From assembly GCF_006345805.1 (NCBI RefSeq), contig NC_043001.1:58714001-58778000 (forward strand): DNA of 64,000 bases, written 5' to 3'. Source of the DNA: Octopus sinensis (lineage: Eukaryota). Position 1 is the stretch's first letter, and each line of letters starts with the position of its first letter. Both the position numbers and the translations under genes were made by a program. Shown here piece after piece: positions 1-15,029 of the stretch. The notes under the pieces were generated by a model. It saw nothing but the letters and a program-made list of their open reading frames with translations. It was not told where the DNA came from and ran no database searches.

Positions 1-289
1 TTCTTCTTTCATGAGAATTAGTGCAAAGGAAAACTCTAGAAATTTAGTAATAACTTATTTAACAAAGGATCGGAAGCTGTGCAGGTATTTTCTGATCTTG
101 CAGGCAGTCTCCAGGACGAATGCATAGACTGTCTTCCTGGAAGTGGCTTTTTCATACATTCTAGGAATTGCAAACTATTTCCCCGAAAGCGTGTGATTGA
201 CTATATCTGATTGCGTGTACATCAATGTGTTGTTGGTGTGATTGTGTGTCTATGTTTGTGCATATCCATGTGATTTTGTGTTTGTTCGT

Positions 290-309
290 TTGTGTGTGTG
301 TGTGTGGTG

Positions 310-340
<31 letters not shown>

Positions 341-346
341 TGTGTG
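290..346. repeat. (GT)n microsatellite
   Basis: Direct GT dinucleotide run; it explains ORFs 161..406 and 242..442. Confidence 0.95.
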
Positions 347-502
347 ATTGTGTGCGTGGATTTCGCGGTCAAACGTGTGTTTGTGTGTACGTATGTGTAT
401 TTTCATGAAAATACGATTGAAACAGCGTCAGATAAAAGGTGAGTAATGATAAATGGATTGCAATCAAAACACTTGCATTAAGAGGACAATAAATAAAATC
501 TA

Positions 503-675
503 CACATGCGTGACTGTATGGAAAGGAGCTTGCTTCCCCACCACATGGTTCTGGAATCAGTGCATGATATCTTGGACTAGTCTTTTTTTACTACAGTTTT
601 CGGCCAAGTCTAGACTTGTGAGCGGATTTTAATCGATGGAAACTTGAAGAAGTCTTTCGAATGCATGTATGCATG

Positions 676-744
<69 letters not shown>

Positions 745-771
745 AACATATATATATATATATATATATAA

Positions 772-805
<34 letters not shown>

Positions 806-968
806 GTATATATATAAATATATATATATATATACATATAAATATATATATAATGTGTGTGTGAGTGTGTGGTCGGCCATCGCTTTACAACCAGTGCTGA
901 TATGCTTATGTAATCACAACTAAGCAGGACGGCAAAAAGACCGACAGAATATATACCAGACTTAGAAG
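503..968 (+). mobile_element. Decayed SINE family B (head, internal (TA)n/(TG)n, partial tail)
   Basis: Head gtgactgtatgg..aggagcttgcttccccaccacatggttc matches the better-preserved copy at 29979; (AT)n lies at 677-850; tail ccatcgctttacaacc..gaccgacagaat matches 31860-31930. Confidence 0.75.
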
Positions 969-1559
969 CAGTGCGCCAGCATTACATATGTCTAATAAAT
1001 GAAGCAATTGAGAGATATATACACACGTACATACATATTTACAAATAAGAAAATGATAAAGAAAAAGGTGTCAACTCGTATGGAATAATTTATTAAATAG
1101 TCGTCCTACTTACTGGAAAAATGTTAAAGGTAGGGAAATATCCTAACATGTATCCCAAAGAAAGTAGGATCAATGCAGCAAATATGTACCTAAAATCTGT
1201 GGGAGTGTATATCTATATGTGGCGTCAAGCGTTTTAAGAATGTTAATTTTGTCCTCATGATTTAAAATATTCAATTGGTAACATTCGTCAGAAATCAATA
1301 AAGTAGTAATTTCAAGCGGAAATTGAAAGCTGAACTTAGGCTGAAAAATTATTTACAGTCTCAGTTTTTTTTATGGGGAGAGAAGCCCCATCAAATACAC
1401 ACATCATAAAATTTGCAATTTCATAAAGCTCCAGTCGCCTGCAATTTCGTCCAGATCAATTCGTCATCGGTACTGAAAACACTATTCAACCAATATAAAT
1501 TGTTTTGCTTCTTCGGTAAATGTATGCGTGAAAAAGTTATTTGTTTCTTAAGTATTTCA

Positions 1560-1976
1560 TATTTCTTTACTACCCACAAAGGGCTACACAAAAAGAGTAC
1601 AAACAAGGACAGACAAACGGATTAAGTCGATTTTATCAAACCCAGTGCGTAACTAGTACTTAATTTATCGACCCCGAAAGGATGAAAGGCAAAGTCGACC
1701 TCGGCGGAATTGGATCTCAGTAGGTAACGGCAGACGAAATACCTATTTCTTTACTACCGACAACGGGCTAAACACAGAGACGACAAACAAGGACAGACAA
1801 ACGGATTAAGTCGATTACATCGACCCGGGTGTGTAACTGGTACTTATTTAATGAACCCCGAAAGGATGAAAGGCAAAGTCGACCTCGGCGGAATTTGAAC
1901 TCAGAACGTAGCGGCAGACGAAATAACGCTAAGTATTTCGCCCGGCGTGCTAACATTTCTACATGCTCGCTGCCTT
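1560..1976 (-). mobile_element. SINE family A with two head-to-tail ~185-bp body+tail units
   Basis: Reverse complement reads head aaggcagcgagc..gttagcacgccgggcgaaat, B-box-like gagttcaaattcc, body gtcgactttgcctttcatcctttcgggg, tail ...gtagtaaagaaata, then restarts at ggtatttcgtc (junction 1743/1744). Confidence 0.9.
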
Positions 1977-2597
1977 ATTTCTCAACTATTTCAGTTGAGT
2001 ATATAGTGAGTTGGTGCTGTGAGTTGTTCCCAGTGGGGTCTGAGATGGAATTATTAAATGAAGACTAAACCCAAGTTAGCGTGAGATATATTCAAGAGTT
2101 TTATTAATCAACGTACCAGCTTGCGAGTTCACTAATTCAGAGGCAGGAGAAGAAATTTAAGAAGTGGAACGTCCAAAATGATATTCCAACAAATGTCAGT
2201 TGATAATTTGCAGTTTCGAAAATGAGAGGATAATTAATTTTCATCTTTCTGAGTCTCTCATTAAGTTGCAGGCAATAAAAATCACAATTAAAGACGATTC
2301 ACTGCATGTACAACTTAATATGAATGATAACTAGTGGAGACTATGCTGTTCTACAACCGCACCTATACATACATACTTATACATACACACATGCTCACAT
2401 ATACAGGTACACGTACACATACATATTTTATGTCTTATAATAAGCTACAGGACAACTTTAACATCAAGTACAAAAACAATATGCATCATCTCAATTTCTA
2501 GTGAATATAACTATTTTGACAATCCTTCGAAAATTGAAGTATGATAGGAGAAAACTGAAAATTATCTTTGATTTTAAATTTTGGCACAAGGTCTGCA

Positions 2598-2712
2598 ATT
2601 TCGGGGGAGTGGGTAAGTCGATTACATCAATTCCGGTGTCCACCTGGAACTTATTTTATCGACGTCGAAAGGAGAAACGGTGAAGTCGACCTCGGCGGAA
2701 TTTGATATTAGA
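2598..2712 (-). mobile_element. SINE family A fragment
   Basis: gtaagtcgattacatc..tttatcgacgtcgaaagga..aagtcgacctcggcggaatttga matches the 1560-1976 body. Confidence 0.75.
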
Positions 2713-3894
2713 ATGTGCAGTTACGAACTTTTCTGAAAAAAGATACAGCACAATACCGGTCGGGAGGTACAATATAAGAAATATATGTAAGTAAATATTT
2801 TTCAATTGAAAACGTGGCATATAGAAACTCATTGTTTACTTGGTCCAAATTGCTAGGCTGCTTTTTAATTTGGGTCAAAACTTGTATAAACGTGTAAAAG
2901 AAATCTTGTCAATTAGATTATAGCTTATAAACTTTCATAATATTTTGGTCTATTGCATATACATTCCATCTTGTTAAAGTGAGATGAAGTAGTCATATTA
3001 AATGTAAAGTAGAAACATATGATTCATCAACTGCTGGTTTCTAACGTCAATTTTATTTCTGAGCAATGTTACCTAAAATAGGTTATCATACATTCAGGCA
3101 AAAGGCTGGTATTTTGCCAAATAACTATAGCATGGTATATTAATTAAGCGGATGTGTATGTTGTCGTTAAATTGTAGTATTCGAAAAGGCTAATTAGTGT
3201 TCATTGTTTGTGCAATATATATCCATAATAAACTAATACTCGAATATTTGCTAATTCCTCTCGTAAAACCCCCAAAATGTCTGCACACACGCGCACGCGC
3301 AAATTTCAATACTATTTGTCAAATCTAACTTGCTTCAGTCAGTATCGCTTCCTTCCTTTTCTAATTCTTTGTTATTCTCTCAAGAAATATCGTATTAATC
3401 TACAAACATAAATATAGATATGTAAGCTAGGAATAATAACCACTAGGCTGTCGGATATTTGTATTCCATAAGAATTAGAATATATCACATGAGTGGTATA
3501 TTATTTTCAGTGAGTTAAATTTATCTCAATAACAGTGGTGTAGAGCAAAAAAATATATGACAACAAAGAAATGAAGAAATGGAATGTTGTTTTTTAAAGG
3601 GGATATTTTTAATCGACATCATTTGCTTGACGTTCTTATGCACTAAATATAAAGCAATTTCATGGATCGACGCTCACGTATATCACGTTATGTTTCCAGT
3701 GGACTTATTGATTAGTTTCATGAAATACTTCAAATACCTTTATGCTGCAATAGATTTTAGTTTGGCTGTACTTTTGCATATTTCATTTTGTTTATGTACA
3801 TATATGTAAACCATATATGTAAAACAGTAGAACCATGTTTTTTGCAACCCACAAATATTAGACACGTATATATGCACAAAATGATTACTCACAA

Positions 3895-4130
<236 letters not shown>

Positions 4131-6775
4131 GTTCAACTCCAACCCCAAAAAGTTCTACCAAGAACTTGGCAAAAATAAAATAGAAATAACTGCAGCACAA
4201 ACGGCGGAAGAATTGGAAGAATTCTGGAGAGAAATATGGTCGGCGAACGAACAACCAAAAATAAGGAGTATCAAAATAACAAACTCGGCATCTGAACAAC
4301 TTTGGACCCCCATAACAACTGAAGAGGTCCCCTAGGCACTGCAAAGACTAAGCAACTGGAAGGCACCTGGGCATGACAAGATCCCCAACTTCTGGTTGAA
4401 ATATCTAACAGGAATGCACAAAAAACTGGCTGAAAACTTTAACAACATACTAGGAGAGCCAGAGACAATGCCTGAATGGCTCACGAAGGGGAAAACCATC
4501 TTAATTCCCAAATCAAATGAGACAGCAAAACCAGAAAACTACAGACCAATAACCTGCCTCCCTACTATGTTCAAGGCATTTACTGCGGTGATATCGCAAA
4601 GGTTGAACAAGCACCTGGACGAAAACAAACTGTTCCCAGAAGAGCAGAAAGGATGCCGCAAATGCTCATATGGCTGTAAAGATCAACTAATAAAGCCATA
4701 ACTGAAGACAGCCACAGAAAGAAGAAAGGCCTCAGTATGGCCTGGATTGACTACAAAAAGGCGTTTGATAGCATCCCCAACACATGGATCCTCGAAACAC
4801 TAGCCATTAACAAAGTAGCACCAAAAATCAAAAATTCATAGGGCACTCTATGAATAAATGGCAAACAGCCCTACACCTCCAAACAAAAGAGGGACTCATG
4901 AAAACCAAAGACATCCCCATTAGAAGAGGAATATTCCAGGGAGACACGCTCTCTCCACTCCTTTTCTGCTTGGCACTGTCACCTCTATCTGATATACTAA
5001 ATAGAACTGGATGCGGATATAAAGGTAACGGCAAAACGACCAGCCACCTTTTATATATGGATGACCTAAAACTATACGCTGCAAATGACAAACAGCTGGA
5101 AACACTATTAAAGACAGTTCATGGATTTACCAAAGAAATAGATATGAAATTTGGATTAGAAAAATGCGCCAAAGTAACCATGAAAAGAGGAAAACTAGTT
5201 AAGAGTAACAGCATCACACTAGATAAAACCAATGAAATAAAAGAATTAGACCAAAGCCACACAAATGAAAGAGAAAATAAAAGACACAACACACACAAAT
5301 GAAAGAGAAAATAAAAAAAGAATATTATAGACGAGTTAGATCAATACTAAAAACAGAGCTCAATGCTAAAAACAAGATAATAGGTATTAACACTTTAGCT
5401 GTCCCAGTTATGAGTTACAGCTATAATATCCTTAACTGGACACAAAATGAACTGACCAAAGTAGATAGGAAAACAAGAAAAATAATGACAGGATCTAGGA
5501 TGCATCACCCAAAATCTGACATAGAAAGACTATATATACAACGTATAGAAGGTGGTAGAGGCCTTATACAGCTGGAAAACTACTATAAAATAACCACCAT
5601 AGGACTGCAAAAATATCTACTTCAGAAGGAAGGAAAACTGATACAAATAGCGGCAAAACACGAGCAAAACAAAAAACTCAGTATTTAAGGAAGCTGACAA
5701 ATACAAACAAGAAATCATACCACCTTATAAATATGAAGAAGAAGAAGAGGAGGAGGGAGAAGACGAAGAAGAAGAAGAAGAAGAAGAAGAAGAAGAAGAA
5801 GAAGAAGAAGAAGAAGAAGAAGAAGAAGAAGAAGAAGAAGAAACAACAAAAACTATAAAACAAATGAAATCCAAACTAAAAATAGAACAGCAACGAACCA
5901 TGATAAAACGATGGCAAGAAAAGCCCCTTCATGGTAAATACTGAACTAAACTAAACGCAAAAGAAATAGACAAAGAAAAATACCAGCAATGGTTGAGAAG
6001 CTCAGGACTCAAAGCAGAAACAGTGGGATTTTTAATTGAAGCACAAGACCAAAGCCTCCCCACCAGAAATTACCAAAAACATGTAATGAAAAGAAATATT
6101 ACAAGTAACTGCAGAATATGTGGAGATGGACAAGAAACAATAAACCATATTATCTCTAGCTGCCCAGTCCTGGCTAAGAAGGAATATATTCACAGACATG
6201 ACGGAGTTGGAACCTACATACATTGGAAGCTATGCCAACATTATGGAATAACAACAGAAAAAAGATGGTATAGGCACACACCAGAAAAGGTCACAGAAAA
6301 CGAGAAAGCAACCATACTCTGGGATATCCCAATACACACAGATAGAGAAATTAAGGCCAACAGGCCAGATATAGTTGTTAGAGATCATGATGAAAAAAAT
6401 GCTTTCTAATTGACGTATCAATACCGGCAGATGACAACGTGTCTCTAAAAGAAATGGAGAAACTCTCAAAATACAAAGACCTGGAAATAGAGGTAACCAG
6501 AATGTGAAATCTGAAAACAGAAACAATTCCTATCATAGTAGGTGCATTAGGCATGATAAAAAAATATTCAGACAAATACATAACAAAAACACCAGGACTT
6601 ACAAACACATATAACATACAGAAAATTGCACTACTAGGCACTGCACACATCCTACGCAGGGCACTTTCCATACAATAACCATCAGAGCATCACAACAAAT
6701 CACAGCACATACCCAAGGCACACAGAGCTGCGCTCGGTAGTGAAGTGAAAGCACGCTATAAAAATAAAACTACTG
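4131..6775 (+). mobile_element. 5'-truncated Dong/R4-clade non-LTR retrotransposon (RT + restriction-like endonuclease), disrupted
   Basis: Motifs NYRPITCL, IDYKKAFD, RGIFQGDTLSPLLF, HLLYMDDLKL, CCHC finger CRICGDGQETINHIISSC, RHD, REL motif NRPDIVV..IDVS, C-terminal HILRRALS; short 3' UTR runs into (AAT)n; several frameshifts and stops. Confidence 0.92.
5735..5842 (+). repeat. In-frame (GAA)n expansion (36 acidic codons) inside the Dong ORF
   Basis: 108 bp of GAA/GAG/GAC; the second copy has only 9 codons (EEEEEDDEE) at the same site. Confidence 0.9.
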
Positions 6776-7749
<974 letters not shown>

Positions 7750-7766
7750 CAACAACAATAATAATA

Positions 7767-8530
7767 ATTTCTTTACTGGTCACAAAAGCCGTATAAAACA
7801 TTTTGAACAATGCAAAGACCAAGGACATGATGTATTTATATGAAGGTATGTAAAGAATTAATGCAAAACAATTATAGCGAAAATGTCCCCGGAAGGCAAA
7901 CCAAGAAACCCCACAGATTCTGAGTCACACCGACTCTGATGTCCGATAAATTCACTCCATCTTACTAGTGCGAACTAAGTTCACGCCCACTTACGTGGGA
8001 CATCCCCCATCATTCACCCACCTAACAAAAGATTTACTGGGGATCAATACCTCCATCTCCAACCTCACCTACCTTAAAGAAGTGAATAAGGGTCTGTCTT
8101 AAGAACAGACTAGGGGAACATTTCCCGACCTACCTCGGCAGAGAAAGAATTCACCGTTATCCAAAGCCGTTTTACGATAGCAGCCGTTTTACGATAGCAG
8201 CCGTTTGACGTACCTTCACATATCAACAATACTCGGGCACTATACGAACGTGTACGCAGAACTTTCGGCTCTGTATGTGCTTCTTGGATGTACCCGGTTG
8301 ACAGCCTACGGTTTCCATTGAGTTATTTCCGAAAGAATAATGCCTCCTTGTAGCTCAGCAAGGACTGGATTTTCTGGAAATAATCCATGAGCCTCAGCGG
8401 GAAGATCGTCTGGAAGAGGATAGCTACATGATTTTCATCAACGCCCAGAGTCTCACAAACAGGGTCTCACTTTTGCCCGCCTCTTTTCTCCAGTAGAACA
8501 TTATAATGGAACTTACACTAACATCGTTGC
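7767..8530 (-). mobile_element. Decayed 3' end of a Tx1/L1-clade LINE ORF2 plus tail
   Basis: Minus-strand fragments TFV*CPSIVDM, RQTLIHFFK and VRLEMEVLIPSKSFVRWVN resemble the C-terminus of invertebrate Tx1-like ORF2; tail reads gcttttgtgaccagtaaagaaat into (TTA)n. Confidence 0.5.
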
Positions 8531-8740
8531 TCAAAAGGATAGTCTAACCAATGGAACACTTCCACTCTATAGAAAGTAATAGACCAAGATTTCTGGTCTG
8601 GCCAGTCAGGAGGTTTGGTAAAGACATCGCACTCAGTAGGTAGTCGATGACGTTTGCAATGAAGGTGCTAGCAACCTCCAAACGAACGTTCAGAATCAGT
8701 TTCCTCTCGACTTGTTTCTGAATGATATTGGCCACACAGC

Positions 8741-9166
8741 AAGGTGGTGAGCTGGCAGAAACGTTAGCACACCAGGTGAAATGCTTAGCGGTATTTCGTC
8801 TGCCGTTACATTCTGAGTTCAAATTCCGCCGAGGTCGACTTTGCCTTTCATCCTTTCGGGGTCGATAAATTAAGGACCAGTTACGCACCGGGGTCGATGT
8901 AAACGGCTTAATCCGTTTGTCTGTCCTTGAATCCGTTTGTCTGTCCTTGTTTGTCCCCTCTATGTTTAGCCCCTTGTGGGTAGTAAAGAAATAGGTATTT
9001 CGTCTCTCTTTACGTTCTGAGTTCAAATTCTGCCGAGGTCGACTTTTCCTTGTATCCTTTCGGGGTCGACAAATTAAGTACCAGTTGCGTACTAGGGTCG
9101 ATGTAATGGACTGGCACCTCCTCCAAAATGTCGGGCCTTGTGCCTAAAGTAGAAAAAGAATATTAT
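8741..9166 (+). mobile_element. SINE family A: head + unit with Tx1-like tail + second body with standard tail
   Basis: Head aaggtggtgagctggcagaaacgttagcac; unit 8790-8993 ends gtagtaaagaaata; restarts ggtatttcgtc at 8994; ends gggccttgtgcctaaagtagaaaaagaatatt. Confidence 0.9.
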
Positions 9167-12100
9167 CCACACAGCTCGTCATCTGCTTTCAGATCATCAT
9201 CTGTTTAACAGGTCCGTTCGTCCACCTCCCTACATGATGACATTATACCTAACTAAAGGTTCACTGATATGTTCACAGTTGATACTCCCTCCTGTTGCTG
9301 AACTGTGCTCTCTCATAACAATATCGATCATCTCGGTGTGTTTCGTGCCCGGCATTATTACGGGTACATCATAAACATGTGCTGATATAATTCTCTCACA
9401 TACTAGTTCACGCGACACAGGATGACCCTTGGTACAATTAATTTCCGTAGGAGTGTCCCAGGCGTCATCGCGTACTGTAAAGGAAAAATTAACATGTTCG
9501 ACTTACTGTTAGTGGTCGGTTTGGATAGATGGAAATTTATTCTAACCATCGAGCAGATGTCGCTGTATTCCGCAAGTATCGAACTTTGCAGATGGAAATG
9601 AAACAAGCCGGCGATAAGACTTCTACCAGGAATAGTGTTCTACGCTAACGAATAGTTTTGACAAATCTAATTTGATTTAGCCCCAACCGTGCAAATTTCT
9701 GTAGCCACCCATTTAATTATTTATCATGTTAGCTGGAGGACGTCATAAATAGATTTGTTGGGATGGTGTATGCCTATGTCTCGCCTATCAGATAATCGAC
9801 GACAATCGCCAAACTCTTAGGTAAGCATTCAACCCCTAGCTGACGACGAATGTAATGTAGGCGTTCGCTGCCTCTGTCTCACCGTTCCGGAGTAGCTACT
9901 TTGGGCACGATATCTAACTCTGCGTATAGCAGATTTAAGTGGGAGACGTTTCGGCTCCTTTCTTTGTATCACTACCACCCCTCGTTTTACAGGACTCGGG
10001 GTTCTACCATTGCTTCGCTAATTGCAAATATATCTGTGAAGAGGCTCCAAACAAGTCTGGCATATGATGACAAAGATCGTAGTGCCACCAATCCCAAATT
10101 TGGCGTGTTCGTCCTCGTGCATCCAGCCATTTTTTCCTAATTTTATTTGCTATAACCTTCTTTTCGCAGAACTCCGAAATCTTCATTATTTGATGCATAC
10201 CTATCGTAGCGTACGCATGTGATGGTGCAAGTGAGGAGCAGCATAACATTAGAACGAGTTTACAGTATTGTTATGCGGAAATATTTGTTCCTGTGTGTAT
10301 GTAGCGATAAACGTGGCTCGAAATTTAGGTGAACATACAGTCAAGCGCAAATAACTCTGTGTATATGTGTTGGAGGTGCGTGTGTGTATGAACATGTGTG
10401 TGTGTATGTGTGTGAATTCTGAGGTGCAGCGTCATGTATCTGTGTACATACAGTATGTGGGACGTTAATGCGTGTATGCGGTAGGATGAGTGGTAGGTGG
10501 TGGCGTACTACATGATGCCCACAGACCAGAGAAACTCAAGATCAATACCATGATCGTCAGAGTTACCTGGCCACTAGTTTCTTCATCTCATTTATGACGG
10601 GTTTCTCATACTGTTAATGATATTGTTTAAATTGATATTATTATTGTGGTTGTTCATATTGTCATTCTTGATCTCTATGGGCTTACCATTGTTGTGTGTG
10701 ATGTTGCTGTTGGAGATTATTGATGTTGGAATATCTTTGTCTCTTTCTTTCTCTCTCCTCTATTGTATTCTGTTGCCTGTTTGCTTTCCTCTACTTCAAT
10801 GACGCCTGGAATCCGCCATTGATGCTGATAATTTGCATATATTTTGAGCCCTTATCTTAATTATTGGTATTTTTTCCTGAAAATAAAAGAATTGAATAAT
10901 AAGATTATGAAGTTTTAGACAAGCAAGTATGTTATCATCAGAGTTACCGATGCGCGTTTATGTTTATTAAAGCATTAGAAAGAAAATCTCTCCTGTATTA
11001 TACCTATATTATTATATCTATCTACATATATGCACAAAACGAATATGTGGGATGGGGTGTTCGTGTGTGTGCTGTATATGTATATATAGATACACATACA
11101 TACACCTATATGTGTATATTTCTGTATAACGTCTTCCAGTATACTCTAAATCGGTTTGTAATATTTCCCAGAAAGCCCAAAAACCGGTGCTGTACGAACG
11201 AAGTTATTCTATAAACGTCCTTGCAAGATTTGCAAACTTGCTTGTCGTAATCCTCTCCGTCAAAAGTGTAGAGAAGTACTAAATGTACTGTTAGATGTTT
11301 ATAATTAATGAGTTTTAGTATACTGTTTTATGATCCTTCAATGTTCTCCATGCCACTTTCAACGTTTTACTTCATTTGTAAACCTATTGGCCTCGTTGCT
11401 GACATATATGACTAATCGTTTTCTGTCATAATTTTGACAACATATAAATCTTCTATATTATTTGCCTTACTGAACTGTTTGCTTACAATGAAGTTCAGCC
11501 TTCCATATAATTTAGTGTCCTTTTATATACACACGCACGCGCGCAAACACACAGAAACACATACACAAACACATACACACGCTCACATATATATATCGGC
11601 GCATAAAATTCTTGAATATTTTCTGAAAAGGTGAAAGGCATTGGAGAATACGTGTACTCTTTCACTCATAAATGAAGTTAAGTATCGTTGTGCACTACCA
11701 TGACCATTGTGGTTTTTAAATTTTTAATGTTACAATAATTTGCTCTATACAAGCAGTTTGAAGTATGCAATATTTTAAGTACAGTAAGCGTAGCACAAGT
11801 AAATTCAATTTAATATCTGAATAACAATAATAAGCTATTGACCATAGCACACTTGATTATTTGATTAGAAACCCCAATCACTCTAAATATTGGTGAGTCA
11901 TGACATTCCAGATATTTCACAGCGAAAGTGCAGAGTAAATATAGCCTGAACTTCAAAGATTTAAGTATTTCCTCTTCTGCTACAGCATTAAAGATGAAGT
12001 AGAAGCGGAATGCCTGTATACTTTTTATGAAAGCAATGTAGAACAGATATCTTGGGAATAACAAGCATAGACATTTTAATGAAAATTATAGAATCCATTC

Positions 12101-12269
12101 AAATATAAATTAAAGCCATTTCAAGCACCATGCCTGTCAACTTCCAATAAACCCTGTGGCATATACAATATCAGCAATCATGAAACAAAGAAGAATGTTT
12201 GCATTATGCTGGTTGTGTTCCAAGCTGGCGATATTGCTACAAATTAAAAGATATTCGTTTACGTATATG

Positions 12270-12310
12270 CGTGCACACACACACACATATATATATATAT
12301 ATACATATAT

Positions 12311-12370
<60 letters not shown>

Positions 12371-12475
12371 TATATAATATATATATATACACTTTCACAC
12401 ACAAACACACACACACGCATATATATAGAGAGAGAGAGAGCGCGATAGAGTGTGAGAGAGAGAGTGTGTGTGTGT
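12270..12475. repeat. Compound (CA)n/(AT)n/(AG)n/(GT)n microsatellite
   Basis: Direct; it accounts for ORFs 12156-12557. Confidence 0.95.
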
Positions 12476-13509
12476 AAGGGAAATACATATAATTATCTAT
12501 GGGTGTAGTAATTTGTTTATGGGTGTAGGGAGGTAGGTATGTTATATATGAATGCATTTACCAATTTTGTTTTCAGAGAAATAATTTCAAGTAAACTGAA
12601 TGTACCGCCCGAGATTTTCTGGCATTTATTGAATGTAAATAAATTATGTACGGGAAAGAACTCCGTTTGAAGTTACGCCCTCATTAAGAGCCCTTCTCAG
12701 CTACATTTATTGTATAAATGAATGTTTGATTAAATATTTAACGGGGGTGGTTGAATCCGCATGTTAAACCGAAGACAACAAATTGGTTTTGGTTTAATTT
12801 TTATTTTCATCACTTCATTTTTGACTTATAGGACTCCTTTTTCATTTGTGATTTAATATATTAAATTTGAACATGCCATGTGAAACTACAAAATTGACAA
12901 AATTATTTTCAGTGCAGAATGAGAACGCTAAGAGAAAGAAACAGTAGTCTACAAGCGATGAAAATCGCGAAACTGCATTCATAATACTGTATTATTGAAG
13001 AAACCTGGAACATATTTTTAATTTACACACACGCACACACATATATTTATACTATTAATTCTAAATTTGTCAAAGAGAGATATTTAGTAACAGTACTTTA
13101 AAAGTAAAGAGTATTTGCCTACATAATGTGGCTGTACAGGATTGGACGAATGTTTCTGTTGTTTAGCCCATTTATTAAATCAGTAACTGTGTGCCACTTA
13201 GTAAATTATATATTTTGGAACGGGAATTCAGCAGCGCCGTCTAGCCGAACAGGTATTCTGTGCTGATAAAGTGCAATAACCCAGAAACCAGTCCACGGGT
13301 GCTGCTTTGTGCTAGGTGGAGTTGGTGAGCTCTCACGTTTCGAAATATAAGGACACAGACATTGTGTTGAATAGCCAGCAGGAAACGACGCTTTCCTGGG
13401 GCTAAACATCAGTAACATTTGTCCCATCCAGGACTGCCACATTATGTTTATATACATGTATATATATATATATATATGAAGGCAGCGTACCGAGTCCTCT
13501 TTGTTCATT

Positions 13510-14560
13510 ACAATTGATCCTCCTTATCAGTGCTAAGAGGAGCTATATACGGAGTGATACAATTGATGCAGAGACAGTTCCAGCCGGGACGCACGGATTG
13601 CACCGATCTTACACATACTTTGACGCAACGGATTCCCAGCATCCGTTGCAAACTCCCTACACGGATGCAAGCCAAAGAAACGAGGCAAGAGAAATTGCTC
13701 TAGGATCAGCTTCTTCCAGAGAATTCCTCACTTTAAGGAGAAGACCACCTTTGACATCAGTAAAACCTTCCCCAGGGAACGTCTCGACATCTGCGTAGAC
13801 ACCTATCAGTGAAAAGAGCAAACAAGAAGCAACAACCTTGCACCCTGGTGAACGGTCCTATCTGCGACACGAGCAAGTGTCTGAAAACATGTATTTTGCA
13901 CTACATCGATAGTACGGACAAGTTCTGCGTCTGATTGAAGCAACACCTGCCTATAAACTGCGTCTGACTGAAGGAACTCCTTCCGCAAACACATGTCTTG
14001 ACAACAACAAAATAGACGCTTCTATTGTGGTTACCGACTGAAATATAGGAAATTTCCATATTAAGGATTCCTCACTGATCAACTAGCATGGCCTGAACAT
14101 CAACAGCTCATCAGAGTTCGGCTCATCAAACAGTCCATACATCGCCACAACCGTGACCAACTTCACTATCGCTACGACGGTGATTGCATACCAGCATCAT
14201 ATTCGCAACTGCCACAGTCAAGTCTCTCCGTTGCCGACTGCGATGCCGATTGGTGCTGTTGTCAGCCACATCCTTGTCAACGGCTATACAAGAACATATT
14301 GCACCAACTCCATCACCGACAACTACCACGGCATTTACTAATGCTATCGGCAACAACACAGATGTAGACTACACCATAACCGACTACTACCACGGTGTTT
14401 ACCACCATCACTGATATCGATTTAGATACTCACCTTCATCAGAGTGCAGCTATCCAAAGGCCAGTAAACCACCACTGATCCCAGTGTGGTATCTAGGGTA
14501 CCAACAACACTAGAGGATCTGCTGCTAGACTAAAAGAGTGTCAGAATCCATTCGGTTGCA
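13510..14560 (+). mobile_element. Possible highly decayed Gypsy integrase C-terminus and Thr-rich tail
   Basis: Frameshifted fragments AIYGVIQLMQRQF, VNGP and STDKFCV*LKQH loosely resemble AELVYG / GPY / VSIDRLKP motifs; GC content is elevated. Confidence 0.3.
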
Positions 14561-14994
14561 TATATATGACAGGATCTACGAGGATTTCTATAACTATCCT
14601 TCTGAAGGTTGAACATTTTGATTGAAATATTCTTTTATTCTTTTATTATTTTAATTGTTTCTGTCATTTGACAGCGAAAATCCTGTAACACCGCCTTTGG
14701 TCGAATAAATCGACCCCAGAAATTATTTTCTGTAAGCAGAGTGCTCATTCTATTAAAAAGTTTTACAACTTTGCACTCTGGATGCACATACACATGCGCA
14801 CACACACATACTCATACACATACACACACGCCCATGCACACACAGTTCTATATTTTCTTCTTCAGCTGTCCAGCGTACATCGCCGATGACTCTTCTTGCT
14901 GAACAATAATCTCTGGCAGGCTCGCATATTGGCTCAATAGCCTTTTCTAATAAATAAATAAAGACAGAAATATATATATATATACGGAGAAAAT

Positions 14995-15029
<35 letters not shown>

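Noticed and set aside
161-923. ORFs rich in HT, CV, YI repeats (also at 12156-12557, 16326-16598, 50301-51212)
   Set aside because: They are translations of dinucleotide microsatellites.
8741-8830. tRNA gene
   Set aside because: Only A/B-box-like SINE head sequence is present, with no complete cloverleaf.
8530-10870. Possible ancient LINE or host gene spanning the SINE
   Set aside because: Translations give no recognisable motif; only the single candidate exon was kept, at low interest.
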